DNA of 64,000 bases from a virus (lineage: Duplodnaviria > Caudoviricetes): the IMG/VR virus record IMGVR_UViG_3300023283_000076, positions 32,001 to 96,000 of that record; one strand, written 5' to 3'. A program made the position numbers and the translations under genes. Positions 47,944 through 57,193 of the stretch are shown piece after piece. Numbering within the stretch: the stretch's first letter is position 1; each line of letters opens with the position of its first letter. Below the pieces are notes generated by a model. The model was not told where the DNA came from, did no database searches, and saw only the letters and a program-made list of their open reading frames with translations.

Positions 47944-49344
47944 ATGAATGATAATATCCTAGTAGGAAAAGGCGAAGAGTCGCAAGTACATTTACTTGGA
48001 CAATATGCAAATCGTCATGGACTTGTTGCCGGTGCTACTGGTACTGGTAAAACTGTGACCCTGATGATGTTGGCCGAAGGGTTTTCCCGTATGGGTGTAC
48101 CTGTATTCATGGCTGACGTTAAGGGTGATATGGCAGGTTTGGCAATGCAAGGTAACGACAATCCAAAAATTCTCGAACGTGCTGAAAATATCGGTATTGA
48201 TAATTTTTCGTTTAATGGAAATCCTGTATCTTTCTGGGATTTATGGAACAATTCAGGCAATCCAATTAGAACGAGTGTCGAAAGTATCGGTGCCACCTTG
48301 ATGGCTAGAATGCTCGATGTTAGCGATGCTCAAGAAGGTGTATTAGATGTTGCATATCATTATGCAAGAGAACGTAATATTGCACTTAATACACTCAAAG
48401 ATTTTAGAGCTTTGCTGACGTACATGGCACAAAATAGAGAATTTATCAGCACCGAATATGGATTGATAAATTCAAATAGCATTGGAGCTATTCAGCGTCG
48501 ATTGCTCACACTGGAAAACGATGGAATCGATAATTTTTTTGGCACACCTGCATTAGAATTATCGGATTTTATGCGAAATCAAAATGGTAAGGGTATAATT
48601 AACATTCTTTCTGCCGAGAGTTTAATCTTGCGTCCTAGAATGTATTCTACCTTTTTGCTTTGGCTGCTATCAGAGTTGTTTGATAAGATGCCAGAGCTAG
48701 GTGATGTTGACAAACCTGAATTAGTATTTTTCTTTGACGAAGCCCACCTATTATTTGATGATTGTTCAGGTGCATTGCTTCGTAGAGTTGAACAAGTGGT
48801 GAGATTGATTCGTTCCAAGGGTGTAGGTGTATACTTTTGTTCGCAGAACCCTGATGATATTCCTGAGACTGTCCTAGGGCAGCTTGGAAATCGTGTTCAG
48901 CATGCTTTAAGGGCGTTCACGCCTAGAGACCAAAAGGCTGTTAGAGCGGCTGCTGAGACGTTTGTAGAGAATCCTAATTTTGATGTTGGTGATGTTATAA
49001 CCCGTCTAGGCGTTGGTGAAGCATTAACTTCAATGTTAGATGACAAAGGGATTCCGCAACCAGTTCAACGCACAATGATTTCTCCACCGCAATGTCGGCT
49101 TGGTACAATCAGCCATGAAGAGAGAATGCAAATTGTCGATAATGATTCATTGAAAAGAAAATATAGTAACGACAATAATGTAGACACTACTAATAAATAT
49201 GATCCACGGGATGACTTTGATGATACGATTGATTATTGGAACATTGAGCCATCAAAAAATATCAATCCTGAACCAGAGTCACCTGATAATTTTGTAACAC
49301 GGTTTATGAATGAATTTAGAAAAGCATTAATGTTTAAAAATTAA
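47944..49344 (+). CDS. HerA-like P-loop ATPase, DUF853/YjgR family
   Basis: ANRHGLVAGATGTGKT, DVKGD, FFFDEAHLLF, IRSKGVGVYF.SQNP.D.P..VL.QLGNRVQHALRAFTP. Confidence 0.9.
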   Translation: MNDNILVGKGEESQVHLLGQYANRHGLVAGATGTGKTVTLMMLAEGFSRMGVPVFMADVKGDMAGLAMQGNDNPKILERAENIGIDNFSFNGNPVSFWDLWNNSGNPIRTSVESIGATLMARMLDVSDAQEGVLDVAYHYARERNIALNTLKDFRALLTYMAQNREFISTEYGLINSNSIGAIQRRLLTLENDGIDNFFGTPALELSDFMRNQNGKGIINILSAESLILRPRMYSTFLLWLLSELFDKMPELGDVDKPELVFFFDEAHLLFDDCSGALLRRVEQVVRLIRSKGVGVYFCSQNPDDIPETVLGQLGNRVQHALRAFTPRDQKAVRAAAETFVENPNFDVGDVITRLGVGEALTSMLDDKGIPQPVQRTMISPPQCRLGTISHEERMQIVDNDSLKRKYSNDNNVDTTNKYDPRDDFDDTIDYWNIEPSKNINPEPESPDNFVTRFMNEFRKALMFKN

Positions 49345-49455
49345 TTAAAAACAAATGATCAGAAATATTGTCGAAAAAGTCTTGACAATCTTTGATAAAT
49401 AGATTAGACTGTAGTTGTGATGATAAATCACACATGTAAACAATACGATGAAAAA

Positions 49456-49558
49456 GCGGTGGACAAGAGTACATCGCGGGGCAACCCTACAGTATCGGCC
49501 ATGCTGATCCGGTGATGGTGACAAAGATACTGTGAGTCGGACGCCAAGCGACCGGCCC
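49456..49558 (+). ncRNA. Candidate ~100 nt structured RNA
   Basis: GC-rich; GGG-GCAA-CCC, TACAGTATC/GATACTGTG, GTCG/CGAC stems; upstream promoter. Confidence 0.45.
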
Positions 49559-49581
49559 AAAAAAATTCTCGTTAATAGAAA

Positions 49582-49653
49582 ACAAGACTGGTCCTCGCAT
49601 GACCGTCCCGATAGTAAGAGCAAAGGTCGTTAATTGATTGCCACCAGTCTTGT
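49582..49653 (+). repeat. 72-bp stem-closed element, copy 2
   Basis: Differs from copy 1 by one C/T change and one T indel. Confidence 0.9.
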
Positions 49654-49765
49654 ATTTTAAAAATGTCCTTTCTTGGGCGGTATATCAGCAACTATAAAAA
49701 GCGCGGGGATGGACAGCCCCTTAATAAATGATATATTAACCCTTTTTCTTTTCACCTATAGGAGA

Positions 49766-49795
49766 AAAGGCCCGATTCATTTGGGCCTTTTATTT
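49766..49795 (+). terminator. Intrinsic terminator
   Basis: AAAAGGCCC-gattcattt-GGGCCTTTT followed by T-rich tail. Confidence 0.75.
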
Positions 49796-49919
49796 TTCCT
49801 ACACTAGGACCTTTACCATAAAACTGAATGTATTGTCAAGGAAAATAATAATAAATATCCCTTGACCTTTGAACGAATATTCGGTATAGTGTTATACATA
49901 ATTTAAGAAAGGAGTTGCA

Positions 49920-50087
49920 ATGAACACGTACAAGAAGATTTCTCGTTATGGTCCGGGTGGCCGTAATTGCAATTGTTGTGGTCCTGCTCCTCGGCATCGT
50001 AAGACACATGATCGTATGGTTAAGCGTCGTGAGCGTCAGTATACTAAGAAAGAAGTAGAACAGGAAATGATGAACGTAAATCTCTAA
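49920..50087 (+). CDS. Small basic CxCC protein (55 aa)
   Basis: RBS AAGGAG; MNTYKKISRYGPGGRNCNCCGP; own promoter. Confidence 0.75.
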   Translation: MNTYKKISRYGPGGRNCNCCGPAPRHRKTHDRMVKRRERQYTKKEVEQEMMNVNL

Positions 50088-50200
50088 AACCCCCTTGACA
50101 TATATGTTTTTTAAGATACAATAGTAAGTATAAATAAAGTAGTTCCGAAGAAACCCTTAATATAAGTCGATTTGAAAGGCTTAAAACAAAAACTCATGAA

Positions 50201-50330
50201 GAACAAACTAGACGCAGAATTAGAAACTCTGCAACGAAACAGGGTCCGGAGGGAATGCCGGTAGAATGGTAGGATAGCGCCTATCACGTTGCCCCGCTAG
50301 GTAATTGCCAATCCCTAGCCTAGTTTGTTC
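50201..50330 (+). ncRNA. Candidate 130 nt stem-closed multi-hairpin RNA
   Basis: GAACAAACTAG/CTAGTTTGTTC closing stem; inner stems GCAGA/TCTGC, GCAACG/CGTTGC, GATAG/CTATC. Confidence 0.55.
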
Positions 50331-50343
50331 ATTTTTAATCTTT

Positions 50344-50420
50344 GGGTCTGTGGCGCAATTGGCTAGCGCAGTGGACTTTTAATCCATTGGTTGTGAGTTC
50401 GAGTCTCACCAGACCCACCA
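50344..50420 (+). tRNA. tRNA-Lys(UUU)
   Basis: GGGTCTG/CAGACCC, GTGGA-CTTTTAA-TCCAT, CCA. Confidence 0.95.
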
Positions 50421-50718
50421 ATTTTATTACATAGAAAGCCCATTGGAGAAAAAATGGACAGCCGAAAAGAAGGAATTACAGTAAAACAACACAGCGATGG
50501 GCAGAACAGGGTTTTGACATCGTGGGATATCATGGATATACTATGGGAAGTATATTTTTACTAATTAATGTATGGTATCTTCTTAGAAAGGTCCCGGATA
50601 ATGGAATTATGTATAGTGCATACCTTATGCGATGGGGTGATGATAATGTAGAAGCGATAGATGCAATTAAACCGAATTAACGCTTGACAGATGAAATGAG
50701 ATATGTATAATAGGTTGC

Positions 50719-51191
50719 AAGTGGTCGTTTCAGAGTAAAAGCCGTAATTCAATCGGGCTTTGTACTTTAGATTGAACTAGATATTGCTGGCTGTAGGGTA
50801 ATATCATCACGTATCTACAGGGCGAGGCTACCGTCTTAGCAGTCAACATATAGTCTCAGTCTCGCAGAGACTTTATAAAACCCAGTGAGCGCGAGATTAA
50901 CTGGAAAACAATAACTGGCAGGTTGGGAGAGCGACCCAATGCCCTTGGCGACAAGGTAGCGTAGTGTGACCAGATTATGTAGAGAACGTGCAAACCTTAT
51001 TCTAGATAAGTTAGGCTAGGAGACGAGAAACTTCGAAGAATCAAATTCAGGGCACATTGTAGCAGTCTGTGAAGCGTGGCCCGCGTGGAGACTGCTATTT
51101 CAATTTCAACGGTAAATGCTCTCACCGGAGAAAATATCCACCATCGAGGGTGGTGGGAGATGTAGGTACCAAATCCTACCGGTGCCCACCA
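50719..51191 (+). ncRNA. ~470 nt structured RNA with tmRNA-like features and a tRNA-like 3' end
   Basis: Own TTGACA/TATAAT promoter, many hairpins, pseudoknot then AATAACT-GGC, T-arm-like plus GTGCCC-A-CCA end. Confidence 0.5.
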
Positions 51192-51264
51192 TCTTTAAAA
51201 AATTCTTGACATTAAGATGACTTTGCATTATGATGTAAAATCATATCAATAAAGGATCATATAA

Positions 51265-51582
51265 ATGAAATCAATTGAAGAATGGAGCGCAACACGTTGG
51301 ATTTTTACCGCAATGGCATCTATCATTGCAATATCAGTATTTTTCTTTGTACTGGCATCTGCCGGATTGATCGGTGAAAAGGTGGTGGAGAGAGAAGTAT
51401 TTGAAAATAGTTTTCAATATAGTGAAGCACGAAAAACTGCCATCGCTACATATGAAGCACAGTTGGCTGAAATTGATTCCCAACTTCGAAGCACCAATCT
51501 TTCAGAACGTGAAAGAAGTAATCTACGCTCCCAAGCCGCCCGTCTAAGGGTTCTACTACAAACCGAAAGGAGAAAACAGTAA
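51265..51582 (+). CDS. Single-TM coiled-coil protein
   Basis: ORF track; N-terminal TM segment. Confidence 0.8.
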   Translation: MKSIEEWSATRWIFTAMASIIAISVFFFVLASAGLIGEKVVEREVFENSFQYSEARKTAIATYEAQLAEIDSQLRSTNLSERERSNLRSQAARLRVLLQTERRKQ

Positions 51583-51775
51583 TGAAAAATATTTTTAATG
51601 TGCTAGCCGCAGTAGTCGTCGTCTTTGTCATGGAATGGAGCGCAACACGTTGGATTTTTACCGCAATGGCATTTATCATTGCAATATCAGTATTTTTCTT
51701 TGTATTATCATCTGCCGGATTGATCGGTGAACCCGTCTAAGGGTTCTACTACAAACCGAAAGGAGAAAACAGTAA
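51582..51775 (+). repeat. Chimeric local duplication between two genes
   Basis: Start of the next gene + copy of 51280-51378 + copy of 51539-51581. Confidence 0.85.
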
Positions 51776-52341
51776 TGAAAAATATTTTTAATGTACTAGC
51801 CGCAGTATTCGTCGTCTTTGTCATGGCAGGCTGTCAAGATACGTCTACAACTGCCGAAAGTGAATCTGTCATGAAACAACAGAAGCAGATGCTTACTAGC
51901 CAGCCTATTCCATCATTCAACTGGTCATTGGAACGTGACCTTCTGATTCAGTTGTATAATATTCGTAATGAACGTGTCAGCACCCATAGTGTATGGCGCA
52001 GTAATCATGGAATGGTTGAAGGTGATTGTCCGTCTATTGGATATGGCATTCCCTATGATACTTCTTTGACCAACCCACAGCGAGCTACGGCCCAAGCTGC
52101 TGACAAACGATACACTTCTGAATCTCTAGCCACAATTGAACAAGCTGAACCTAATGGTATCTTCGCCAGTAAGAATACGGCAGCTACATGGGTATTCTGC
52201 GTGGGTAGTGCGGGGGCGTTGAATCCAGTATACGTCGAAACCAAGGTTACTGCATATCCGTATCCAGTTGAGGTTGATTATGAGACCAACAGGGTTACTC
52301 AAGCTGGTGAATCAAGTGTTAATGTGACAGTTAACCGCTAG
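51776..52341 (+). CDS. Phage lipoprotein
   Basis: MKNIFNVLAAVFVVFVMAGC lipobox-like; GYGIPY.T.LTNP, AEPNG.F motifs. Confidence 0.8.
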
Positions 52342-52370
52342 ATTAATTGAAAAGTAGTCAATATAATAAT

Positions 52371-52398
52371 GAAACAGGGGGCTCCCCTGTTTCTTTTT
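52371..52398 (+). terminator. Intrinsic terminator
   Basis: GAAACAGGGG-gct-CCCCTGTTTC-TTTTT. Confidence 0.85.
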
Positions 52399-52452
52399 CA
52401 ACAGAATGTAAGTTTCCCTTGACATTTACAAAAATAATGGTATATTGAAACC

Positions 52453-53226
52453 ATGACGACATTAATCAAAAACCGAGAAATGTACGATACTTTCATTGAA
52501 TTGCTTCCAGAGTTGGAGCGTGATGAAGTTTATTTTCTTTCATTGTCAGCACGTAACAAATACCTAACCGAAAATGAACGTGAAGCCTATTCTCTTGGTA
52601 AAACTGAAATGTTTTCACGACACATTGCACATGATAAGGAAGGCATTGAATATGCTATCAAGAAAATGGAAGCCGAACTGGAAGTAAAGACTACTCGTGG
52701 TGGGCATAGAATTCCAGAGAAAGCATTGGTAGTATACTTTAATATTCATCCTTCTTCAATGATCAAAGCGTATACTTCATTCAAACAACAAATGAACTCG
52801 CATTACGATGAAATTATTAAATCATTGATGAAGGGAACTAATCCACATTGCCATCCATTCTTAGGAATGTGTACTAAGTTGATGAGTCATATACAAAAAT
52901 GCTCTTCAAGAAAGGAATGGGTGGATATAGATATTGATGCACCTGCTGAAGAAACCGCATTGCGATACTCTGCGGCTATAGCTAATGCTTTATTCATGCA
53001 TTCTATCAATAATGTGAAAATCAAGACTCAGGGTGGCATTCATCTTTTGGTGAATCGGAACGATCTTAACACAAAGCCAATGGACGTTCCGTTACATAAA
53101 CTTATTGAAAACATGCATAAAGAACTCAAAGAGTTAAATGGTGAATGCAAATTTAACGATAACGCTATGGTGCCGTTACCGGGAACTAATCAAGCTGGTA
53201 AATTGGTAGAACTCTTGACAATTTAG
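52453..53226 (+). CDS. Conserved phage protein with AEP/prim-pol-like motifs
   Basis: VDIDID and KTQGGIHLLV resemble AEP motifs I and II; family assignment tentative. Confidence 0.5.
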   Translation: MTTLIKNREMYDTFIELLPELERDEVYFLSLSARNKYLTENEREAYSLGKTEMFSRHIAHDKEGIEYAIKKMEAELEVKTTRGGHRIPEKALVVYFNIHPSSMIKAYTSFKQQMNSHYDEIIKSLMKGTNPHCHPFLGMCTKLMSHIQKCSSRKEWVDIDIDAPAEETALRYSAAIANALFMHSINNVKIKTQGGIHLLVNRNDLNTKPMDVPLHKLIENMHKELKELNGECKFNDNAMVPLPGTNQAGKLVELLTI

Positions 53227-53273
53227 TTATGATTTGATATGATCTAATTTTACAAACAGGCATGGAAAAGTAA

Positions 53274-53741
53274 ATGAATCCCGGTACACATTATTCGATG
53301 GCATTTGATTTAAATCGTATGCAAACACTGTGTAATGAAGCTGCTTTTAAATTAAATGAATATCAAAAGGAAAATAAGTGTGACATTGTTTTCGTTTATT
53401 CTGGGATGTCTGGAATAGCTACAGCAACAGCATTGGCGCATTATCTATATTGTGGCTATGATATTGCTGCGCATATGATCTATGTACGTAAGGAAAATGA
53501 TATTAATCATAATGGATCAAATGTTGAATGGAGCGACAATGACCTAAAATATCATAAAGCTGTGGTCTTTTTTGTCGATGATCTTATTGAAAGTGGAGAT
53601 ACGTTTAATCATACACGAGATTATGCAAGTAAAGCAACGTTTATAAAAACAGAAAAACTTACTAATAAACATATAGGCGAAATTCTTATTGGATTTGATT
53701 TGAATTTTAATGTTCCTCAAAAACATACAATGATTGTTTAA
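53274..53741 (+). CDS. Type I phosphoribosyltransferase-like protein
   Basis: GMSG, YVRK, VFFVDDLIESGDT PRPP-binding loop. Confidence 0.75.
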   Translation: MNPGTHYSMAFDLNRMQTLCNEAAFKLNEYQKENKCDIVFVYSGMSGIATATALAHYLYCGYDIAAHMIYVRKENDINHNGSNVEWSDNDLKYHKAVVFFVDDLIESGDTFNHTRDYASKATFIKTEKLTNKHIGEILIGFDLNFNVPQKHTMIV

Positions 53742-53761
53742 TTATGGCTGAGGATAGATAG

Positions 53762-53971
53762 ATGTTTGATAAAAGAACTTTTTATGGTAATATTGTTACA
53801 GTACATGTTAGATCTAACAATATTGTTCATGTTAAACATAACATATATGATTACGAACATGAAATACCATTAAATGATGCCATCAATAATGGTAAAATTA
53901 TCAGTGAGGATAGAACCAAACAATATCATTTCTCTCTGCCCATAATAGAATGGTTGAAAAATTTTAAATAA
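53762..53971 (+). CDS. Hypothetical protein
   Basis: ORF track; RBS GAGG. Confidence 0.6.
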   Translation: MFDKRTFYGNIVTVHVRSNNIVHVKHNIYDYEHEIPLNDAINNGKIISEDRTKQYHFSLPIIEWLKNFK

Positions 53972-53982
53972 AGGAAAAATTC

Positions 53983-54195
53983 ATGAAAGAATATGGATAT
54001 ACACTGTATACAAATACAGGTAAAAAAATTAGAGGAACTGTCACGAGTAAGAATGAATCAATTGCAAATTCAACTGTGAAGGAAATTGAAAACTCTAGGC
54101 AAGATGTTGAGTTTGCTACAATTGATAGTCTTGATATGCCTTGTGATTATGATTGGGACGAAGAATGTAAGGCATGGCAGTCAAAAATGTTTTAA
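53983..54195 (+). CDS. Hypothetical protein
   Basis: ORF track; RBS AAGGA. Confidence 0.65.
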   Translation: MKEYGYTLYTNTGKKIRGTVTSKNESIANSTVKEIENSRQDVEFATIDSLDMPCDYDWDEECKAWQSKMF

Positions 54196-54258
54196 TATGC
54201 TCTTGACAATATTTTAAAATAAAGGTATAGTTATATAATCACATAATACAACATAGGA

Positions 54259-54945
54259 GTGATACATATGGAAACACAAACAATAGAAGTACTTAAAAAT
54301 CATGGTCTTGAAATTAACGAAGAAGTTGATTCTGAAAATTTGGCATCTCAGCTAGGTGAAATGGATGTATGTGATCTGTGGCCTATTGTCGAAGACTTTA
54401 CTGGTGATGAAACTATCGGAATTGATGGAAACGAACAGATACAAGGGCTGACTCTTAGTTATGCTTTGGTTGATGCCTTTGAAAATAATCTTGATCATAT
54501 TGGACAGGCAGAAATCGACGGTGCTCTCAAAAAGGCAACTGAAACTGTTAATAAGATGACAGAAGAAGAAACTGTCACCGATGAGAGTGCTGAGAGTGCT
54601 ACGCCCAAGATTAATAAAAAAGATATCGTAAGTGGTCTTGTTCAAGAAAATCCTACTGCATTAGCTGATGAAATTGTCGCAATGGCTGTCGAAGCTGATT
54701 CTACCATCAATGAATCGACTGCTAAACAATATTATTATAATGTTCGAAAAGAGTTGAATATGGCACCTGTAGGGAAACGAGGCCGTAAACCATCCGACAC
54801 ACTTGATCGTATTAAGAGTATGCTAGAAGGAAACCTCGATACGCCCAAGGCAGAAATGGTTGAATCTATTGTAGATAAACTTGGTCTTACCGAGGGCACT
54901 GCAGCAACATATTACTCAAAAGTCAAGAAACAACTGAAATCGTAA
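54259..54945 (+). CDS. Acidic protein with two C-terminal HTH-like repeats
   Basis: INESTAKQYYYNVRKEL and LTEGTAATYYSKVKKQL. Confidence 0.75.
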   Translation: MIHMETQTIEVLKNHGLEINEEVDSENLASQLGEMDVCDLWPIVEDFTGDETIGIDGNEQIQGLTLSYALVDAFENNLDHIGQAEIDGALKKATETVNKMTEEETVTDESAESATPKINKKDIVSGLVQENPTALADEIVAMAVEADSTINESTAKQYYYNVRKELNMAPVGKRGRKPSDTLDRIKSMLEGNLDTPKAEMVESIVDKLGLTEGTAATYYSKVKKQLKS

Positions 54946-55010
54946 ACAATTAACAAATAAAGGTGGGACCACGACAGTCCCACCTTTTAAATAATTAAAG
55001 GATATCATAT

Positions 55011-55208
55011 ATGAGAAAGAAGAATTTTCCAGAACGTAAGAAAGCTCGACGCCGTCAGGCTCTTGAACAAGTAAATGCACGTATTAAGCGTGGTGGTAAA
55101 GCTGCTAACTCTGATGAACGTGAAAGCAAGGGTATCACAGGAAATAAGGAAGCTCAACGTCTTGAACAGGCTAAGTATGAAAAAGCTCTACTAGAAAAAA
55201 GAGTTTGA
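55011..55208 (+). CDS. Small basic protein
   Basis: K/R-rich; RBS AAGGA. Confidence 0.7.
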   Translation: MRKKNFPERKKARRRQALEQVNARIKRGGKAANSDERESKGITGNKEAQRLEQAKYEKALLEKRV

Positions 55209-55393
55209 TGGAATCGTACTTAATAGAGTTGTGGAAGGAACTTGACCCATTGCGCAATATTTGGCTTTGGGTCGTTCTTGCTGGAATTCTTATATTTTTT
55301 TATTTGACGTTCAAGCTCTGGTTAGGTATAATTATCCTAATGGGAGCAATTACTGCTTATCGTAGATTTAACAAAAATCAACATAATCATTGA
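55205..55393 (+). CDS. Small membrane protein
   Basis: Hydrophobic ORF. Confidence 0.6.
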   Translation: MMESYLIELWKELDPLRNIWLWVVLAGILIFFYLTFKLWLGIIILMGAITAYRRFNKNQHNH

Positions 55394-55435
55394 TCTCGAT
55401 GTGTCCAAGAACTTATGGCTTGACAGCGTAGCTTA

Positions 55436-55666
55436 ATGACATTAAACTGCTGGAACTCTTTTAAGGAATCTCTCATGAACGAAATGCGAAAGATTGAAGT
55501 GTCCAAGGGAAAATACATTCTTTACAATGGTACTTTTTTTGTCAAATCATGCGGCGAACATATTGTATGGACTTCTGCAAGACAGGATGCATATGTGTTC
55601 GATTCAAACATTCAAGTAGAAGATTGCCTTGAAAAAATAAATAAATTTCTTCGTAATAGTACTTGA
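55436..55666 (+). CDS. Hypothetical protein (start probably MNEMRK)
   Basis: ORF track. Confidence 0.55.
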   Translation: MTLNCWNSFKESLMNEMRKIEVSKGKYILYNGTFFVKSCGEHIVWTSARQDAYVFDSNIQVEDCLEKINKFLRNST

Positions 55667-55750
55667 CAGACATGAATTTTTCTGTATAATGGTTCACATG
55701 GTCATCGGGACCAGACATTAACATTAACCCTTCAATCAGGAGAATATAAA

Positions 55751-55927
55751 ATGAGCAATCGTACTCGGGAATACACTCTAGAAGTCTATCGCAACAAGCG
55801 CTATCGTACCGTTCATGCTTCTCGCAAGATTTCACAATGTCTCAAGCGGGTGGAAAGCATGTATAATCGTTGCCGTATTCGCCTGAACGGGGAATCTGTA
55901 GTGCACCAGTTTGCTGCCCGTCAGTAA
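55751..55927 (+). CDS. Small basic protein MSNRTREYTLEVYRNKR
   Basis: RBS AGGAG, own promoter, downstream hairpin; manual translation. Confidence 0.65.
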   Translation: MSNRTREYTLEVYRNKRYRTVHASRKISQCLKRVESMYNRCRIRLNGESVVHQFAARQ

Positions 55928-56005
55928 TCCTCAACTCAAACGTGTGGGGAAGGAAATTCCTTCCTCATACTACCCAGTTTATAACATCTAATACGTGATA
56001 TATTA

Positions 56006-56197
56006 ATGTTTTCATTTCATAAAGGATCAAATTCCATGCAGACAAACTTTGATGTGTACCAAAATGGAAAACTAATTCACATTCTTCAATTTAACTATGA
56101 AGTAAGTCCACAAAAAATTCGTGAAGATATGCAAAATAGAGATGGATTTGAAGGTCCGCTTGTGATAGTTAAAAAACCTATGATTAAAACTAAATAA
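56006..56197 (+). CDS. Hypothetical protein
   Basis: ORF track. Confidence 0.55.
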   Translation: MFSFHKGSNSMQTNFDVYQNGKLIHILQFNYEVSPQKIREDMQNRDGFEGPLVIVKKPMIKTK

Positions 56198-56221
56198 ATA
56201 AGTTATTTAAAAGGAAGACAA

Positions 56222-56782
56222 GTGAATAATATATTGAGAGATATAATATTAACCAGTATGTATATATTTTTATGTCTATGGATGTGTGTTCATGTATTCA
56301 TGGAAATTACCGGAAACTATTATTCTCGGGAAGTTCCTTTAGAAATTGAGCTTAACCCGGAATCACTTTATGATGGAGAACATATTGATATCGCATCCCC
56401 TGAAATTCTGTGCCTAGCTAAAAACATATACCATGAAGCTCGCGGTGAAGGAATTAAAGGAATGAGTGCAGTAGCTGCCGTAACATTGAATAGGGTAAAT
56501 TCATATTATTATCCTGATAATATATGTGATGTAGTATATCAACCATTTCAATTTTCATGGGTTTATGAAAACATGAAAATTGATTATACTAACCCCATTA
56601 ATTTAACATCGTGGGAAACTTCAAAAAAAGTAGCATTGATGATATTGAATAATGGAATCCCTTCTGATATGATAGATGTTTTACATTACCATGCTGACCA
56701 TATTAAACCTGATTGGTCTGATAGTAAAATTGAACATAAAAGAATAGCGAATCACATTTTCTATACGAATGCAGGAACTTAA
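56222..56782 (+). CDS. SleB-like cell wall hydrolase (Hydrolase_2)
   Basis: CLAKNIYHEARGE...AVAAVTLNRV...ICDVVYQ..QFSW...HYHA....P.W...I.NHIFY. Confidence 0.9.
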   Translation: MNNILRDIILTSMYIFLCLWMCVHVFMEITGNYYSREVPLEIELNPESLYDGEHIDIASPEILCLAKNIYHEARGEGIKGMSAVAAVTLNRVNSYYYPDNICDVVYQPFQFSWVYENMKIDYTNPINLTSWETSKKVALMILNNGIPSDMIDVLHYHADHIKPDWSDSKIEHKRIANHIFYTNAGT

Positions 56783-57193
56783 TTATGGTCGATCTCAACA
56801 CTAGAATAATTTTCTTTGATATAGATTAGGAGTATAATACATGTTAACTGAACATCAACGTAATATGATTAATGAGCTTCGTGATTGTGGATGTGCTGTT
56901 ACTGTCTTCCAACCAGAAGAGATGAAAGGTGTTGACCCTGAATTGATTGAAGAAGGGCTAATAGTTGAGGGTAACACTATTATTGAAAAGCTGTCTCAAG
57001 AATAATGGGTAACTTCTTGTCTAAAAAGGAAAAATGGACACTTGTAATTCTTTATGTGATAGTAATCATAGAATTTGCGGCTGTTATATATGCAGTTTTC
57101 AATCAATGAAGAGAAATTAATTGTAAATGGGGGTTGCAATATCTGAATTTTTCTGTATAATAGATTTCACATTCATTGATAGGAGAGTATTTG

